In this document: in pieces, positions 50,037 through 59,985 of the stretch
Layout: each line of letters starts with the position of its first letter
Numbering within the stretch: the first letter of the stretch is position 1
From: a virus
Taxonomy: Duplodnaviria > Caudoviricetes
IMG/VR virus record: IMGVR_UViG_3300032053_000079
Location: 1-60,327 of that record
Reading direction: 5' to 3' (one strand)
DNA: 60,327 nt
Program-made: the position numbers and the translations under genes
The notes under the pieces: generated by a model
The model's database searches: none
What the model saw: the letters and a program-made list of their open reading frames with translations, nothing else
What the model was told of the DNA's origin: nothing

Positions 50037-50495
50037 ATGAGTATATCTAAAAGTACCTACGAAACTGATATTTGGAAATTAATTTATGATAGGGTAAAGG
50101 CTCAAGTTACTAGTGTTACATTAACAGATTCTTCAACTCAAACTATTCAAATATATACTACTTCTTTTCCAGATAAACAAATTGATTCGGAATCAGATTA
50201 TCCTGTCTTAATTGTTGATCCATTAGAATTAAAATGGACAGATTTTACATTAACTAAAAAACAAGTAGAAGGGTCTTTTACTATAGACATTTATACAACT
50301 AAATCAGAATCTGCTGATAGATTTAGACAAGTGATTATAGACTCTATTGAGACTTATAGACCTACTTTAAAAGGATTAGGAATGGATTTTGTAAATTTAA
50401 GTTCTACTAATAGCGATGAAGCAATGCGTGGTGGTTTCAAAGTTCATTTGAGAAGTTGTATATTTAGTTTTAATTGGAGGTTTACAAAAACTTAA
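50037..50495 (+). CDS. Tail terminator-like protein
   Basis: YPVLIV...FTIDIYT pattern; size and position. Confidence 0.6.
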   Translation: MSISKSTYETDIWKLIYDRVKAQVTSVTLTDSSTQTIQIYTTSFPDKQIDSESDYPVLIVDPLELKWTDFTLTKKQVEGSFTIDIYTTKSESADRFRQVIIDSIETYRPTLKGLGMDFVNLSSTNSDEAMRGGFKVHLRSCIFSFNWRFTKT

Positions 50496-50984
50496 ATGGG
50501 AATAATCTATAAAAAATATTCAAATAGAAAAGATGGAAGATTTAGAGAGAACCTTGATTTTTTTAATGTTCTAAAAATTTTTAGAAAAGAAAAAATTATT
50601 GCATTACGTAAGAAATATAAATCTTATTGGTATATTATAATGCTACCCACCAATCTTCCAATAAGAGAATTATGTATTCTAGATATGAGAACAAGAAAGA
50701 AAACAGATTTTCAATCTCTTTGTGAGGATGATTATCATGCTCATGATTGGATTACATTACCAATAAATGAAAAATATCTTAAATGTAAAGGAGGAAAAAT
50801 GTGTCTTTCTTTTAGATTATTATCAGATAAAGAATGGGAAGTTTCTCAAATCACTTCTTCTAAAGAATATTCTAAAAAAATATCAAAATTGTTGGATATG
50901 AAAGGACATAATGAATGTAATCGTATTAAAGATTATTTTAATATTAAAAATTCAATTAAATTATCTAAAGGATTTATAAAATGA
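50496..50984 (+). CDS. Hypothetical protein
   Basis: 162-aa ORF with no recognised motif. Confidence 0.5.
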   Translation: MGIIYKKYSNRKDGRFRENLDFFNVLKIFRKEKIIALRKKYKSYWYIIMLPTNLPIRELCILDMRTRKKTDFQSLCEDDYHAHDWITLPINEKYLKCKGGKMCLSFRLLSDKEWEVSQITSSKEYSKKISKLLDMKGHNECNRIKDYFNIKNSIKLSKGFIK

Positions 50985-51484
50985 TGCAAGTAAGAGTAAC
51001 TAATCTGAAAGAAGTTCAAAAATTTTTGAACAAATTGCCAAAAGAGTTGCAAACAGAAGTAAGAGACATTGGAATACCTAAAGTAACAAAGGAATTACAA
51101 AAGTTAATTAAATTTCATTATACAATGGCAGGATATGGAACTGGTATACTTTCAACAGGTGCTGGATTAAGAAGTATTGAATTCAAGAAAACAGATAGAG
51201 GATCAGTTATTAATATTAATTCTGCTTATTTGGCGGGAATAGAAAAAGGATTGTTTGACTCACACTGGGTTTCTATGGATACAATTGAAGCACATAGAGC
51301 ACATCCAGGAAGCACAGTAGGAATGAAAGCACCAGAAGGATATGTCTTTTCAAGACCACCTATTTGGTGGCAATATAAGGGTCCTTTTGTTGAACCTGCT
51401 ATGATTAAATTTAGAGAAATATTACCAAATAGACTAAACTCAATGATAAAAAAAGCAATAAATAATGCAAGAGGAAAAAGATAA
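50981..51484 (+). CDS. HK97 gp10-like tail completion protein
   Basis: TGAGLRSI...YLAGIEKG...PFVEPA. Confidence 0.65.
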   Translation: MMQVRVTNLKEVQKFLNKLPKELQTEVRDIGIPKVTKELQKLIKFHYTMAGYGTGILSTGAGLRSIEFKKTDRGSVININSAYLAGIEKGLFDSHWVSMDTIEAHRAHPGSTVGMKAPEGYVFSRPPIWWQYKGPFVEPAMIKFREILPNRLNSMIKKAINNARGKR

Positions 51485-51735
51485 AATGAAAATACAAGAA
51501 GAAAAAAGCAAGAAAAAGTTTAAGGGTAAAAGGTTATTGGAATGCGGTTTTCCTTTTTATACTCCTAATTTTTATATTGAATTTTCTTTAGGAGAACTTA
51601 AAAGATTTGTTTCTTTATCGGAAGAAATATTTTCTAAAGAAATAGATAGAAATTTATTATTAATACCTACTAAAGAAAAATATAGAAAAAAAATAGTTAT
51701 GATTAAGATAATTAAAAATATAGGAGGTGGCGAAC

Positions 51736-51879
51736 ATTCCAGCAAAATTAGAGGAAATCCATAAATCTATTGTAGGAAGTTTAAGAGGAAAGATAAATCC
51801 AAGAACTAAAAAAACATATACAGAAGATGACTTTTGGAAAATAGCAAATGCTGTATATTCTAGATTAAAGGAGAAGTGA
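51736..51879 (+). CDS. ChaB-like small basic protein; probable ATT start
   Basis: GGAGGTG SD 6 nt before ATT; (M)PAKLEEIHKSIVGSLRGKINPRTKKTYTEDDFWKIANAVY. Confidence 0.55.
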   Translation: MPAKLEEIHKSIVGSLRGKINPRTKKTYTEDDFWKIANAVYSRLKEK

Positions 51880-51916
51880 TGAAAGAATCTAAATGGAATA
51901 AATTTAAGGATAAATA

Positions 51917-52546
51917 ATGACTATTCTACTTAATCTCGGTAGTGGAAAATATCCTCTTAAAGGATTTACAAATATAGACATTTGGGAAATGCCAAATGTA
52001 GACTTAGTCTGTGACATTCTTGAATTACCTTATGAAGATAATTCTGTTGATGAAATAAATTGTGGACACTGCATAGAACATTTAACTATGGAAAATGCTA
52101 GACTAGGACTTAAAGAATGGATTAGAGTGCTAAAAAATGGTGGAACTATTGGAATAGTAGTGCCAGAAAAAGATTTAACTCCAAAAAATATGATAGATGG
52201 ATTAGATATGCCTGAAAATCCATATAGCAAACATTTATCTTACTGGAATCTTGAAATGTTAAAAAATGAAGTAAAAAATGCTGGTTTTGAAGATATAGAA
52301 GAAATTAATATAGATACTTATCCTTATCTCGTTGCTAGACCTAAATGGCAAGTCGGAGTTACTGCAAGAAAAGGAGGTAAAATTACTAATATGAAAAAAG
52401 AAAAATCTAAGAGGCAAGAAGTAGAAATAAAAACAGAAATACCAAAGTTTAATCCAAGAGAAGAATCTTGGTGTAAACATGAAAAAAAGGTTGTTTACAA
52501 TCCAACTAAGAAACTGCATTGCCCTCGTTGTGGAGGTTTATTGTAA
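51917..52546 (+). CDS. SAM-dependent methyltransferase (type 11-like) with in-frame C-terminal zinc finger
   Basis: LNLGSG, LPYEDNSVD, HCIEH, RVLKNGG; internal SD plus ATG 52391 before a CKH...CPRC segment. Confidence 0.85.
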   Translation: MTILLNLGSGKYPLKGFTNIDIWEMPNVDLVCDILELPYEDNSVDEINCGHCIEHLTMENARLGLKEWIRVLKNGGTIGIVVPEKDLTPKNMIDGLDMPENPYSKHLSYWNLEMLKNEVKNAGFEDIEEINIDTYPYLVARPKWQVGVTARKGGKITNMKKEKSKRQEVEIKTEIPKFNPREESWCKHEKKVVYNPTKKLHCPRCGGLL

Positions 52547-53280
52547 TGGCAAATCCACGAATTTTATTGGGAGTTCCTACTTATGAAGGAAAAGAATATA
52601 TCTTAGAAAGATTCATAGATAGAATAAAAAATCTAACTTATGATAACTATGATATACTAATTGTAGATAATTCAAAAGACGATGATTACTTTAATAAAAT
52701 AAAAAGTTTAGGAGTTCCTGTAATTAAGTCTAAGTGGGATGAAAGGTCTAAGATTAGATTAACTAATGCACAAAATTTACTTAGACAAAAAGTTTTAGAT
52801 GAAGGTTATGACTATTTATTTAATTTAGAACAAGACTTAATTCCACCCGTTGATATAATTGAAAAATTATTATTTCATAAAAAAGAAGTAATAAGTGGAT
52901 GGTATTATATCACTTCAATTCCAAGACCATGTCTTAGTCAAACATGGCAATTAGTAGATATGCAATTTGCTTCAAGACCTGTATTAATGACTGAAATGGC
53001 TAAAGAAAGACTAATGAAATGTTTTCTTGGAAGTTTTGGATGTAGTTTAATATCTCGTTCTGTTTTAGAGAAGATTAAATTTAGAGTATACAAAACATTT
53101 AGCCAACATGCAGATACATGGTTTTACTTTGATTGTGATAAATTAAAGATACCAGTTTATGCAGATACCGACTTGTTAATACCTCACTTTCAGGATTTCA
53201 AATGGGAAGAGATAGTTAGTAATGATAAATCAATAGAATTAGAAATGATGAAACTAAAATTGGAGGAAGGATTAGATTAA
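52546..53280 (+). CDS. Glycosyltransferase family 2-like
   Basis: ILLGVPTY, IVDNS, LEQD, FGCSLI and HAD. Confidence 0.85.
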   Translation: MANPRILLGVPTYEGKEYILERFIDRIKNLTYDNYDILIVDNSKDDDYFNKIKSLGVPVIKSKWDERSKIRLTNAQNLLRQKVLDEGYDYLFNLEQDLIPPVDIIEKLLFHKKEVISGWYYITSIPRPCLSQTWQLVDMQFASRPVLMTEMAKERLMKCFLGSFGCSLISRSVLEKIKFRVYKTFSQHADTWFYFDCDKLKIPVYADTDLLIPHFQDFKWEEIVSNDKSIELEMMKLKLEEGLD

Positions 53281-53332
53281 TACTTTTATGTCGTAAGACA
53301 TTCAAGACAATTAAATTTACAAGGAGGTTAAA

Positions 53333-53893
53333 ATGACAGCACCAGACTCATGGACAGAAGTAGCTTTAATCAATTTGAACGATGGAACTACAGATATGTC
53401 TATTAATGCAATAACTGAAACAATAGACATCTCTCAAGGTGATAAACCAGTAGATCATATTGCTACACTTAGTGGTGGCAGACTTAGAAAAATAAGTCCT
53501 GAAGAAGACACAGAAATTACATTTGAAGGTTATCCAATTGCTATTGGAGACAAAGATGCAACAAGCCAAGATGGACTAGATTTGTTCTTTCATGGAGGAA
53601 CAGATACAGTAGCACCATTTAGTGTAAGTTCTAGTTTGACAAGAACTGTTTTCACTGTAACAATTATGTGGACAGATGGAACAGCAACAAGTGCAACAAA
53701 TTCAATCACTTCAGGAAATTATGCACTTAGATATAATTTCGCAAATTGTGATATGACAAGTTGCAAACCTAGTTTCACAGATGGAATATTGAAAGCAACT
53801 TATACATTCAAATGTGCACCTAGAAATAAGACAGGAACTAGTAACATAACTGTAGAAAGTACAGATGGAACAGTAAGTATGGCTACAATTTAA
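53333..53893 (+). CDS. Major tail tube protein
   Basis: 186 aa Thr/Ser-rich beta protein with strong SD, upstream of chaperones and TMP. Confidence 0.7.
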   Translation: MTAPDSWTEVALINLNDGTTDMSINAITETIDISQGDKPVDHIATLSGGRLRKISPEEDTEITFEGYPIAIGDKDATSQDGLDLFFHGGTDTVAPFSVSSSLTRTVFTVTIMWTDGTATSATNSITSGNYALRYNFANCDMTSCKPSFTDGILKATYTFKCAPRNKTGTSNITVESTDGTVSMATI

Positions 53894-53927
53894 ATTTTAT
53901 TCGATTGAATAGAATACTGAATAGAAA

Positions 53928-54251
53928 ATGGATAAAATTGAAGAATTAAAACAAAGGCTTAACTCAATATCTTTAGGAATAAGTAGAGTTCCAGCTGAAA
54001 CAAAGACAGAATTTATTTACCTAGCTAATGCTAAATTTTCTGGTGACTATGGCATGACTCTCAAGTTCATACTAGAACAAGCATTAGAATACCAAATGTT
54101 TAAAAAAATACAAGATGAAATGAATAGTAAATTAGACTATCTTATAAGTAAATTAGATAATGTTCCTAAACAGGAAGAACAGAAACCTACAAAAGAAATA
54201 AAACTTTTGGATGGTAGACGAATAGAAGTTAAAAGGGAGGTGCAAAAATGA
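53928..54251 (+). CDS. Hypothetical protein (RHH-like N-terminus, coiled coil)
   Basis: ORF between tail tube and chaperone. Confidence 0.5.
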   Translation: MDKIEELKQRLNSISLGISRVPAETKTEFIYLANAKFSGDYGMTLKFILEQALEYQMFKKIQDEMNSKLDYLISKLDNVPKQEEQKPTKEIKLLDGRRIEVKREVQK

Positions 54252-54580
54252 GTTCGAGATTAGCTAAATTTTTAGGAAAGCCACTAGAATTTGAAATAGA
54301 AGGAGAAAAGTTTACAGTTCATCCACTTAAAGCAAAACATTTAAGTCTTTTTATGAATGAAAATATGAATGAAGAACAAAAGATGAAAGTAGCAAAGGAT
54401 ATAGTAAGATTATCTTTACTTCCAACAGAATCAGATATAACAGACGAAGAAGTAAGTGAGTTACCAGTAAATATATTCAATAAAATATTAGAAAAAGCAA
54501 TGGAGGTAAATGGTTTTGCAGAAGATGAACGAACTAGAAAAGTTAAAGAACAGATTTCTCTCAAACAAAAGAACGCCTAA
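54248..54580 (+). CDS. Tail assembly chaperone
   Basis: FEIEGEKFTVHPL...ITDEEVSELP; canonical position. Confidence 0.7.
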   Translation: MSSRLAKFLGKPLEFEIEGEKFTVHPLKAKHLSLFMNENMNEEQKMKVAKDIVRLSLLPTESDITDEEVSELPVNIFNKILEKAMEVNGFAEDERTRKVKEQISLKQKNA

Positions 54581-54749
54581 AGAGAAAGACCAATTTGCAA
54601 GACTATGTCAAATAATGACACTTTGTGGAGGATATGAAAAATTCCTTGAAACTCCGATACCTACACTTAGAGAATTAAGTAACTATTGTGATTATATGGA
54701 AGAAAAGGAAAATGAAAGACTACAAGCAATGTTTGGTAAAAAGAAATAA
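54510..54749 (+). CDS. Second tail chaperone ORF (gpT-like), overlapping the first
   Basis: Overlaps 54248-54580 by 71 nt and abuts TMP; YEKFLETPIP. Confidence 0.55.
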   Translation: MVLQKMNELEKLKNRFLSNKRTPKEKDQFARLCQIMTLCGGYEKFLETPIPTLRELSNYCDYMEEKENERLQAMFGKKK

Positions 54750-56098
54750 TGGCAGTTGAAACAATAACAATTATAACTGAAATGATAGACCGAGCTAGTG
54801 GTAAACTTCAAAAAGTCCAAGAAGTTACACAACAATTTAATCATTCTGCCAGAACTATGACACAGACTACTCAAAAGTTAAATGCAGAGACTAATAAATT
54901 AGAAACTATTACAAAAAAGACTACTAAAGGATTAAAGACATTTCAATTTGAATTTTTATCAGTAATGTTTTTAGGAATGGCAATAAATAGAGTATTTAGC
55001 CAATATGTTAAAAATGCTTTAGAAATGACTGGAATTACAGAACTTTTTAATGAAACACTTAGTTTAATGGTATTCTCTGCTTTAGAACCATTTTTAGAAA
55101 TATTTTATGGATTAATTGATGCATTTCTTAACTTACCTGAACCTGTACAAAAAGCAATTGGTTGGTTTATTATAATTGCTACAGTTCTTTCTGGAGTTGC
55201 TATGTGGTTTGCTATTCTTAAATTAGGATTAGGTGGACTTGCTCAGGCAATAAGTGGACCTATGATGGGTGCCATTGGAGGTTTAATTGGTGCTGTAGGA
55301 TTAGCTGGAATTATAGCAATTATTGCTGTTATTTTAGTAATTTTGGTTGGAATGTATAATGCTTGGAAAACTAATTTTATGGGTATGAAAGAAGTTATTT
55401 CTAATATGGTGGAAGGAATTAAACAAATGTTTGGAGGAATGTTTGATGTATTAAAAGGATTAGTTCAGTTTTTTTATGCACTTTTTACAGGAGATACACA
55501 AAAAGCAAAACAAGCAATATCTCTTATCTGGCAAGGACTTAAAAATTTTATAGTAGGTTTACTTCAAGCACTTGCTAATTTTATAGTAGCCGTTGGAATT
55601 GGAATAATCAATGTCTTTGTAAATGTAGTAAAGACGGTTTGGAATTTATTTGTAGATTTCGGAGGTAAAATGTTTCAATGGGGTCTTGATTTTGTAATGA
55701 ATATAATAAATGGTATTTTATCAACTGGAAGAGGAATTATAAATACCATACTTAGTTTATTTCCTGCATGGATGAGAAACATGATAGAATCTTCTGGAAC
55801 TATAACAATTAATATTATTCAAAGTATAACTGAGGTAGTTAGTAGAGTTACAAAAAGACAACATGGTGGTTCTGTTTTAGGTGGTAATCCTTATATCGTA
55901 GGTGAAGCAGGACCTGAATTATTTGTTCCAAGTGGTGGTGGAAATATAGTTCCTAATAATCAACTTGGTGGAAGTGGACAAATTGTATTTTCACCGATTT
56001 ATAACATAAATGTAGCAGATAGACATGAGTTCGAAATATTAATAAAGAATAATAACAATAGATTAGTGGAGGATCTTAGACGTCTTGTAAACGATTAG
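54749..56098 (+). CDS. Tape measure protein
   Basis: Helical and amphipathic with periodic W/F; C-terminal RQHGG...YIVGEAGPELFVP motif. Confidence 0.88.
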   Translation: MAVETITIITEMIDRASGKLQKVQEVTQQFNHSARTMTQTTQKLNAETNKLETITKKTTKGLKTFQFEFLSVMFLGMAINRVFSQYVKNALEMTGITELFNETLSLMVFSALEPFLEIFYGLIDAFLNLPEPVQKAIGWFIIIATVLSGVAMWFAILKLGLGGLAQAISGPMMGAIGGLIGAVGLAGIIAIIAVILVILVGMYNAWKTNFMGMKEVISNMVEGIKQMFGGMFDVLKGLVQFFYALFTGDTQKAKQAISLIWQGLKNFIVGLLQALANFIVAVGIGIINVFVNVVKTVWNLFVDFGGKMFQWGLDFVMNIINGILSTGRGIINTILSLFPAWMRNMIESSGTITINIIQSITEVVSRVTKRQHGGSVLGGNPYIVGEAGPELFVPSGGGNIVPNNQLGGSGQIVFSPIYNINVADRHEFEILIKNNNNRLVEDLRRLVND

Positions 56099-56099
56099 A

Positions 56100-56531
56100 A
56101 TGGCACCATCAGAACTTACTTTAACAAAAAATAGTATAAATGTAACAATTTATGCAAGAAGAATCGAAGATGGATTTAAGAATAAACTTACTACAATTAC
56201 TCCAGCAGTAGGCAGACAAAGTCAATCAGCAGGACCTAAAGATACTAAAGTAGTAGACTTACTTAGATTAACTCGTTCATTTAGAATAGATGGATATGTA
56301 GTAAGTAATACAGACAAAGCAAGTTTAATTAGTCTTATTGAAGGTGCTGGAACAAATGGGGGTCCTATAACTTTATCTTTTTCAGAAGGTGGAGATGCAA
56401 CTAGTTTTGAAGTTTTTGTAGAAGATTGTATTTTTGTATATGAATCTCAAGATGAACCAACAAGTCCTCCAGATGATTTAGCTAAACACTCTGTAAACAT
56501 AACTTTAATAAAAGGTGTTCAAATTGGCTAA
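56100..56531 (+). CDS. Distal tail (Dit-like) protein
   Basis: 143-aa beta-rich protein directly after TMP. Confidence 0.55.
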   Translation: MAPSELTLTKNSINVTIYARRIEDGFKNKLTTITPAVGRQSQSAGPKDTKVVDLLRLTRSFRIDGYVVSNTDKASLISLIEGAGTNGGPITLSFSEGGDATSFEVFVEDCIFVYESQDEPTSPPDDLAKHSVNITLIKGVQIG

Positions 56532-59500
56532 TGGTAAATAAAAAAGTAATTATTGGAATTGGAACAGGAATAGTTACATTAACAAGTCTTTTCTTATTTT
56601 TATCTTCATTAGGTTTTCAAATTATAGACATTACTGGAAATCTTGTTTGTGCTGGTAATTTAACTAATCCTTGTATCTCTGAATTTCAAGTTAAAAATCC
56701 TACAAAATATAATATAGATATTTATAATCCTAATCAAACGAAATTAGATTTTATTCCAGAAGTAAAAGACTATGTTTTATTTTACAAAGACGGAACTTGC
56801 AAAAATACAACTAAAATCTGCCAATGTACTCTAAAAGATAAAACTAAATTAGGATATAATGGATGGAGATGTATAGATTTTACAAATGCTACTAAAAAAT
56901 CAAAAACAACTGCTTATAATTTCAGATTTCCTGCATATTCTACAATTAACTTTAGATTAGTTGGTTTTAAGAATAATCCAAATCAAGACATTAAATGGAC
57001 TTTTGAAACTTCAAATTCTACTTTAGATCCTTGGTGGTATTCTATTTCTGGAACTCCAAATATTTCAACAACTTCTTTAACTATGGAATTAGGAAGTCAA
57101 GTAAATATTACTGCTAATTTAACAGGTTATTCTGGAACTGTTTGTGTAGATATTGACCATCCAAGTTATGGAATTAATTATTCTTGTGGAACTCCTTCTG
57201 CTAATTTTTTATTTAATATAACTTATTTTAGAAATAATCAATTTAATGATAGTTCTACTATAAAAAATATTTCCTTTGGTAATTGTTATCAAGAATCAGC
57301 AAATAGTTCATCAGGTTGTGGAGATTTAGATACAGGAACTTATAGTGTTTCAAATAATGGAGCATCTCAAACTCTTATGCAAACCTATTTTAATATAAAT
57401 TATTCTAAACCAGTTAATGCTAATAATATCTATTCAGAATGGATTGTAAAACATGGAGATTTATCTGAATATCCAATTACTATTCTTCCTTCTTGTTGGA
57501 ATTATAATTCAAATAAATTAATTTTAAGAATAGTTTCGGAAAACAATATAACTGCCCCTTATTCTAAAAGTTATCCACAATGTTATAATGGAAGTTGGAA
57601 TACTATTGGTTCTACATCAGTTACTAGTGCTTGTTGTTTTAGTCAGTCTGGAAATGAATATCCTTACTTTTTATATGATGGTAACTGGAGTTCTTATGCT
57701 TTAGGTTCTAGATATGGAACTTGGTTAAATTCAACTAGTAGTCCTTCAATGCAGTATGTTTACGAAGAAGCAATGAATTGGAAATATGATTATGTTTTTT
57801 ATATAAAACAACATCAATATGATGAAATAGTTAATGCTTCTATTAATATTTCTGGATATATTTCTAATGGAACTTATCCAACTAATGTAAAACTTTATAT
57901 AAATAATACTTTAAGTAATAATCTTGGATTAATTTATTCTGGGAATATTATTCTAAATACATTAAATGATAGTTCTACAATTAAAAATATTTCTTTTGAC
58001 CAAGCTGAAACAAACATTGTTTATTTAAAAATTCCAAAAAATGCTAATATACTCAATTCTAATATTAATCTTAGTGGTTTTAAAAATTACGATTATTGTT
58101 ATCAAGAAAGTTCTAATAAATCTTCTTCTTATGACACAACTTTTTGTAGTTTTAATTATACTGGAACATATACTTGTTCTGGAACTTGGGATAATACTGG
58201 GTATGGATATACTTGTGATAAAACTTATGATGAAAATTGGGATACTTTAGGAATGGCTGGGGGAATGGGTGTAGTAACAGGGAATGTATATATAAATTAT
58301 TCTAAACCATTAAATATTAATAATGGAAGTTTATGGCGGGTTAAAGATGGATGTTCAATTCAAAATCTAACAATTCCATCTTCTTGTTTGGATTATAATG
58401 CCAATAAAGTTTCATTTATGGCAGAATCACATTATTCTGGAACTCCAAGTCCAAGATGGACTAAATGGTATTGTTTAAATAGTTCTGGTTGGGGATTATT
58501 AAAAGAATGTAGTGGACAACCATATTATGTTACTCCTCAAGCAATATATGAAGAAGCAATGATTTGGAATGTCTCATTTTATCCACTAAATTCTTCATTG
58601 GAAGTTGGAACTATTGATGGAACAAAAGAATGGAACTATACAGGAAATTTTAATGTAACAAATAATAAAACTTCTAATTTTAATACTTCTATTATGACTT
58701 ATCTTTCTTCCTGTACTCAAGATTCTGATGGATATTGTAATATGCCTTTATATTTTATAAGTTTATCTGCTGGGATTATCCAAGTTTCAGATATTCAAAT
58801 TAATTATACATCTAATCTAAATCCTGTTTATTTAAACACTAATTTAATGAGTTCGTTTTTAGGCAATTCTACTAATTTTGCCAATATTCCAATTAAATTT
58901 GAATCTACTCAAAATGGAACATTACAAATAGATGATATTAGATTAGATTATCGTGGAGGAAATGACACTATTGAAATTAAAGTTCATAATTCTACTTATA
59001 CTCAAAATGAAACAATTAATATTACTGTATTTTATTCAGATTGGGATTACTCTTTTCCTTATAGAGTAAATTATTTAGAGTTTATACCAAAAAGTTCTAA
59101 TAGTAAAAATGTAACTCCTTATGGACAAACAAGTCTTACTCCTATTTTTAATATTACTATGACTAATTATGGTGGTAGAAATGCTAATTTATCAATTTAT
59201 TTAAATGAATCTATGTCTTGTGTTAATTTAAGTGCAAGTACTCAAGGTAATGTTAATAATATTTTTTATTCAGATTATTCTTGTTATCAAGAGACTGCAA
59301 ATGTTTCTACTATATGCGGAGGATTAAACAATGGAAGTTATTCCCCCCAATCCAATTATTTATACATAAATTATTCAAAACCTTCTTATGCTTTAAATTC
59401 AAGTCTATGGCAAGTTAAATATGGGGGGACTTATTATTCGGGATCAGGGGCAATTTTATATTTTACAAATTTAACTATAGATAATAGTTGTTTTAGTCAA

Positions 59501-59977
59501 CCTAATTTACAATTTAGGTTTTATACTCTTAAATTTAATTGTGGTTCAAGTTCATATCCTCAATGTTATAATGGAACTAATTGGGTAACTATAGGAAATG
59601 TAAGTAATGGAGGTGCTTGTAGAACAGGTGCAACACAAACATCAGTATCTAATTATTATGATGGAAACTGGAATACAGGAGTCTTGTATAATACCGATGA
59701 AAGAGACCCACTTGGATACGTTCAGGGACAGAGTGATTATGATACTGGAACTGTTTATGAAGAAGCAATGATTTGGGATATAAGTTCAATAAATTCTTGG
59801 AAACTAAATAATACTTGGCAAGATATATTTACAAATAAATCATATCTTTCTAATCAAGGTATATGGTTTTTTGCAGATTATTCTTGTAATTTTTCATATT
59901 TTAAATTATTCAATCCAGACATATATTTAAAAAATTGTTGCTATGGATGTGATGTTTGTAGTAATGATTTAATTTAG
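56531..59977 (+). CDS. Large membrane-anchored Cys-rich glycoprotein with three internal repeats
   Basis: N-terminal TM; three copies of CYQE...INYSKP...W-x-VK...SC...YEEAM-x-W. Confidence 0.8.
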   Translation: MVNKKVIIGIGTGIVTLTSLFLFLSSLGFQIIDITGNLVCAGNLTNPCISEFQVKNPTKYNIDIYNPNQTKLDFIPEVKDYVLFYKDGTCKNTTKICQCTLKDKTKLGYNGWRCIDFTNATKKSKTTAYNFRFPAYSTINFRLVGFKNNPNQDIKWTFETSNSTLDPWWYSISGTPNISTTSLTMELGSQVNITANLTGYSGTVCVDIDHPSYGINYSCGTPSANFLFNITYFRNNQFNDSSTIKNISFGNCYQESANSSSGCGDLDTGTYSVSNNGASQTLMQTYFNINYSKPVNANNIYSEWIVKHGDLSEYPITILPSCWNYNSNKLILRIVSENNITAPYSKSYPQCYNGSWNTIGSTSVTSACCFSQSGNEYPYFLYDGNWSSYALGSRYGTWLNSTSSPSMQYVYEEAMNWKYDYVFYIKQHQYDEIVNASINISGYISNGTYPTNVKLYINNTLSNNLGLIYSGNIILNTLNDSSTIKNISFDQAETNIVYLKIPKNANILNSNINLSGFKNYDYCYQESSNKSSSYDTTFCSFNYTGTYTCSGTWDNTGYGYTCDKTYDENWDTLGMAGGMGVVTGNVYINYSKPLNINNGSLWRVKDGCSIQNLTIPSSCLDYNANKVSFMAESHYSGTPSPRWTKWYCLNSSGWGLLKECSGQPYYVTPQAIYEEAMIWNVSFYPLNSSLEVGTIDGTKEWNYTGNFNVTNNKTSNFNTSIMTYLSSCTQDSDGYCNMPLYFISLSAGIIQVSDIQINYTSNLNPVYLNTNLMSSFLGNSTNFANIPIKFESTQNGTLQIDDIRLDYRGGNDTIEIKVHNSTYTQNETINITVFYSDWDYSFPYRVNYLEFIPKSSNSKNVTPYGQTSLTPIFNITMTNYGGRNANLSIYLNESMSCVNLSASTQGNVNNIFYSDYSCYQETANVSTICGGLNNGSYSPQSNYLYINYSKPSYALNSSLWQVKYGGTYYSGSGAILYFTNLTIDNSCFSQPNLQFRFYTLKFNCGSSSYPQCYNGTNWVTIGNVSNGGACRTGATQTSVSNYYDGNWNTGVLYNTDERDPLGYVQGQSDYDTGTVYEEAMIWDISSINSWKLNNTWQDIFTNKSYLSNQGIWFFADYSCNFSYFKLFNPDIYLKNCCYGCDVCSNDLI

Positions 59978-59985
59978 GAGTAACT

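Noticed and set aside
14502-58250. Nested or antisense ORFs 14502, 16299, 24763, 30760, 34506, 34971, 36613, 39302, 46939, 52030, 52259, 53366, 54319, 54692 and 58041
   Set aside because: They overlap stronger genes, lack SD or promoter support, and have shadow-like composition.
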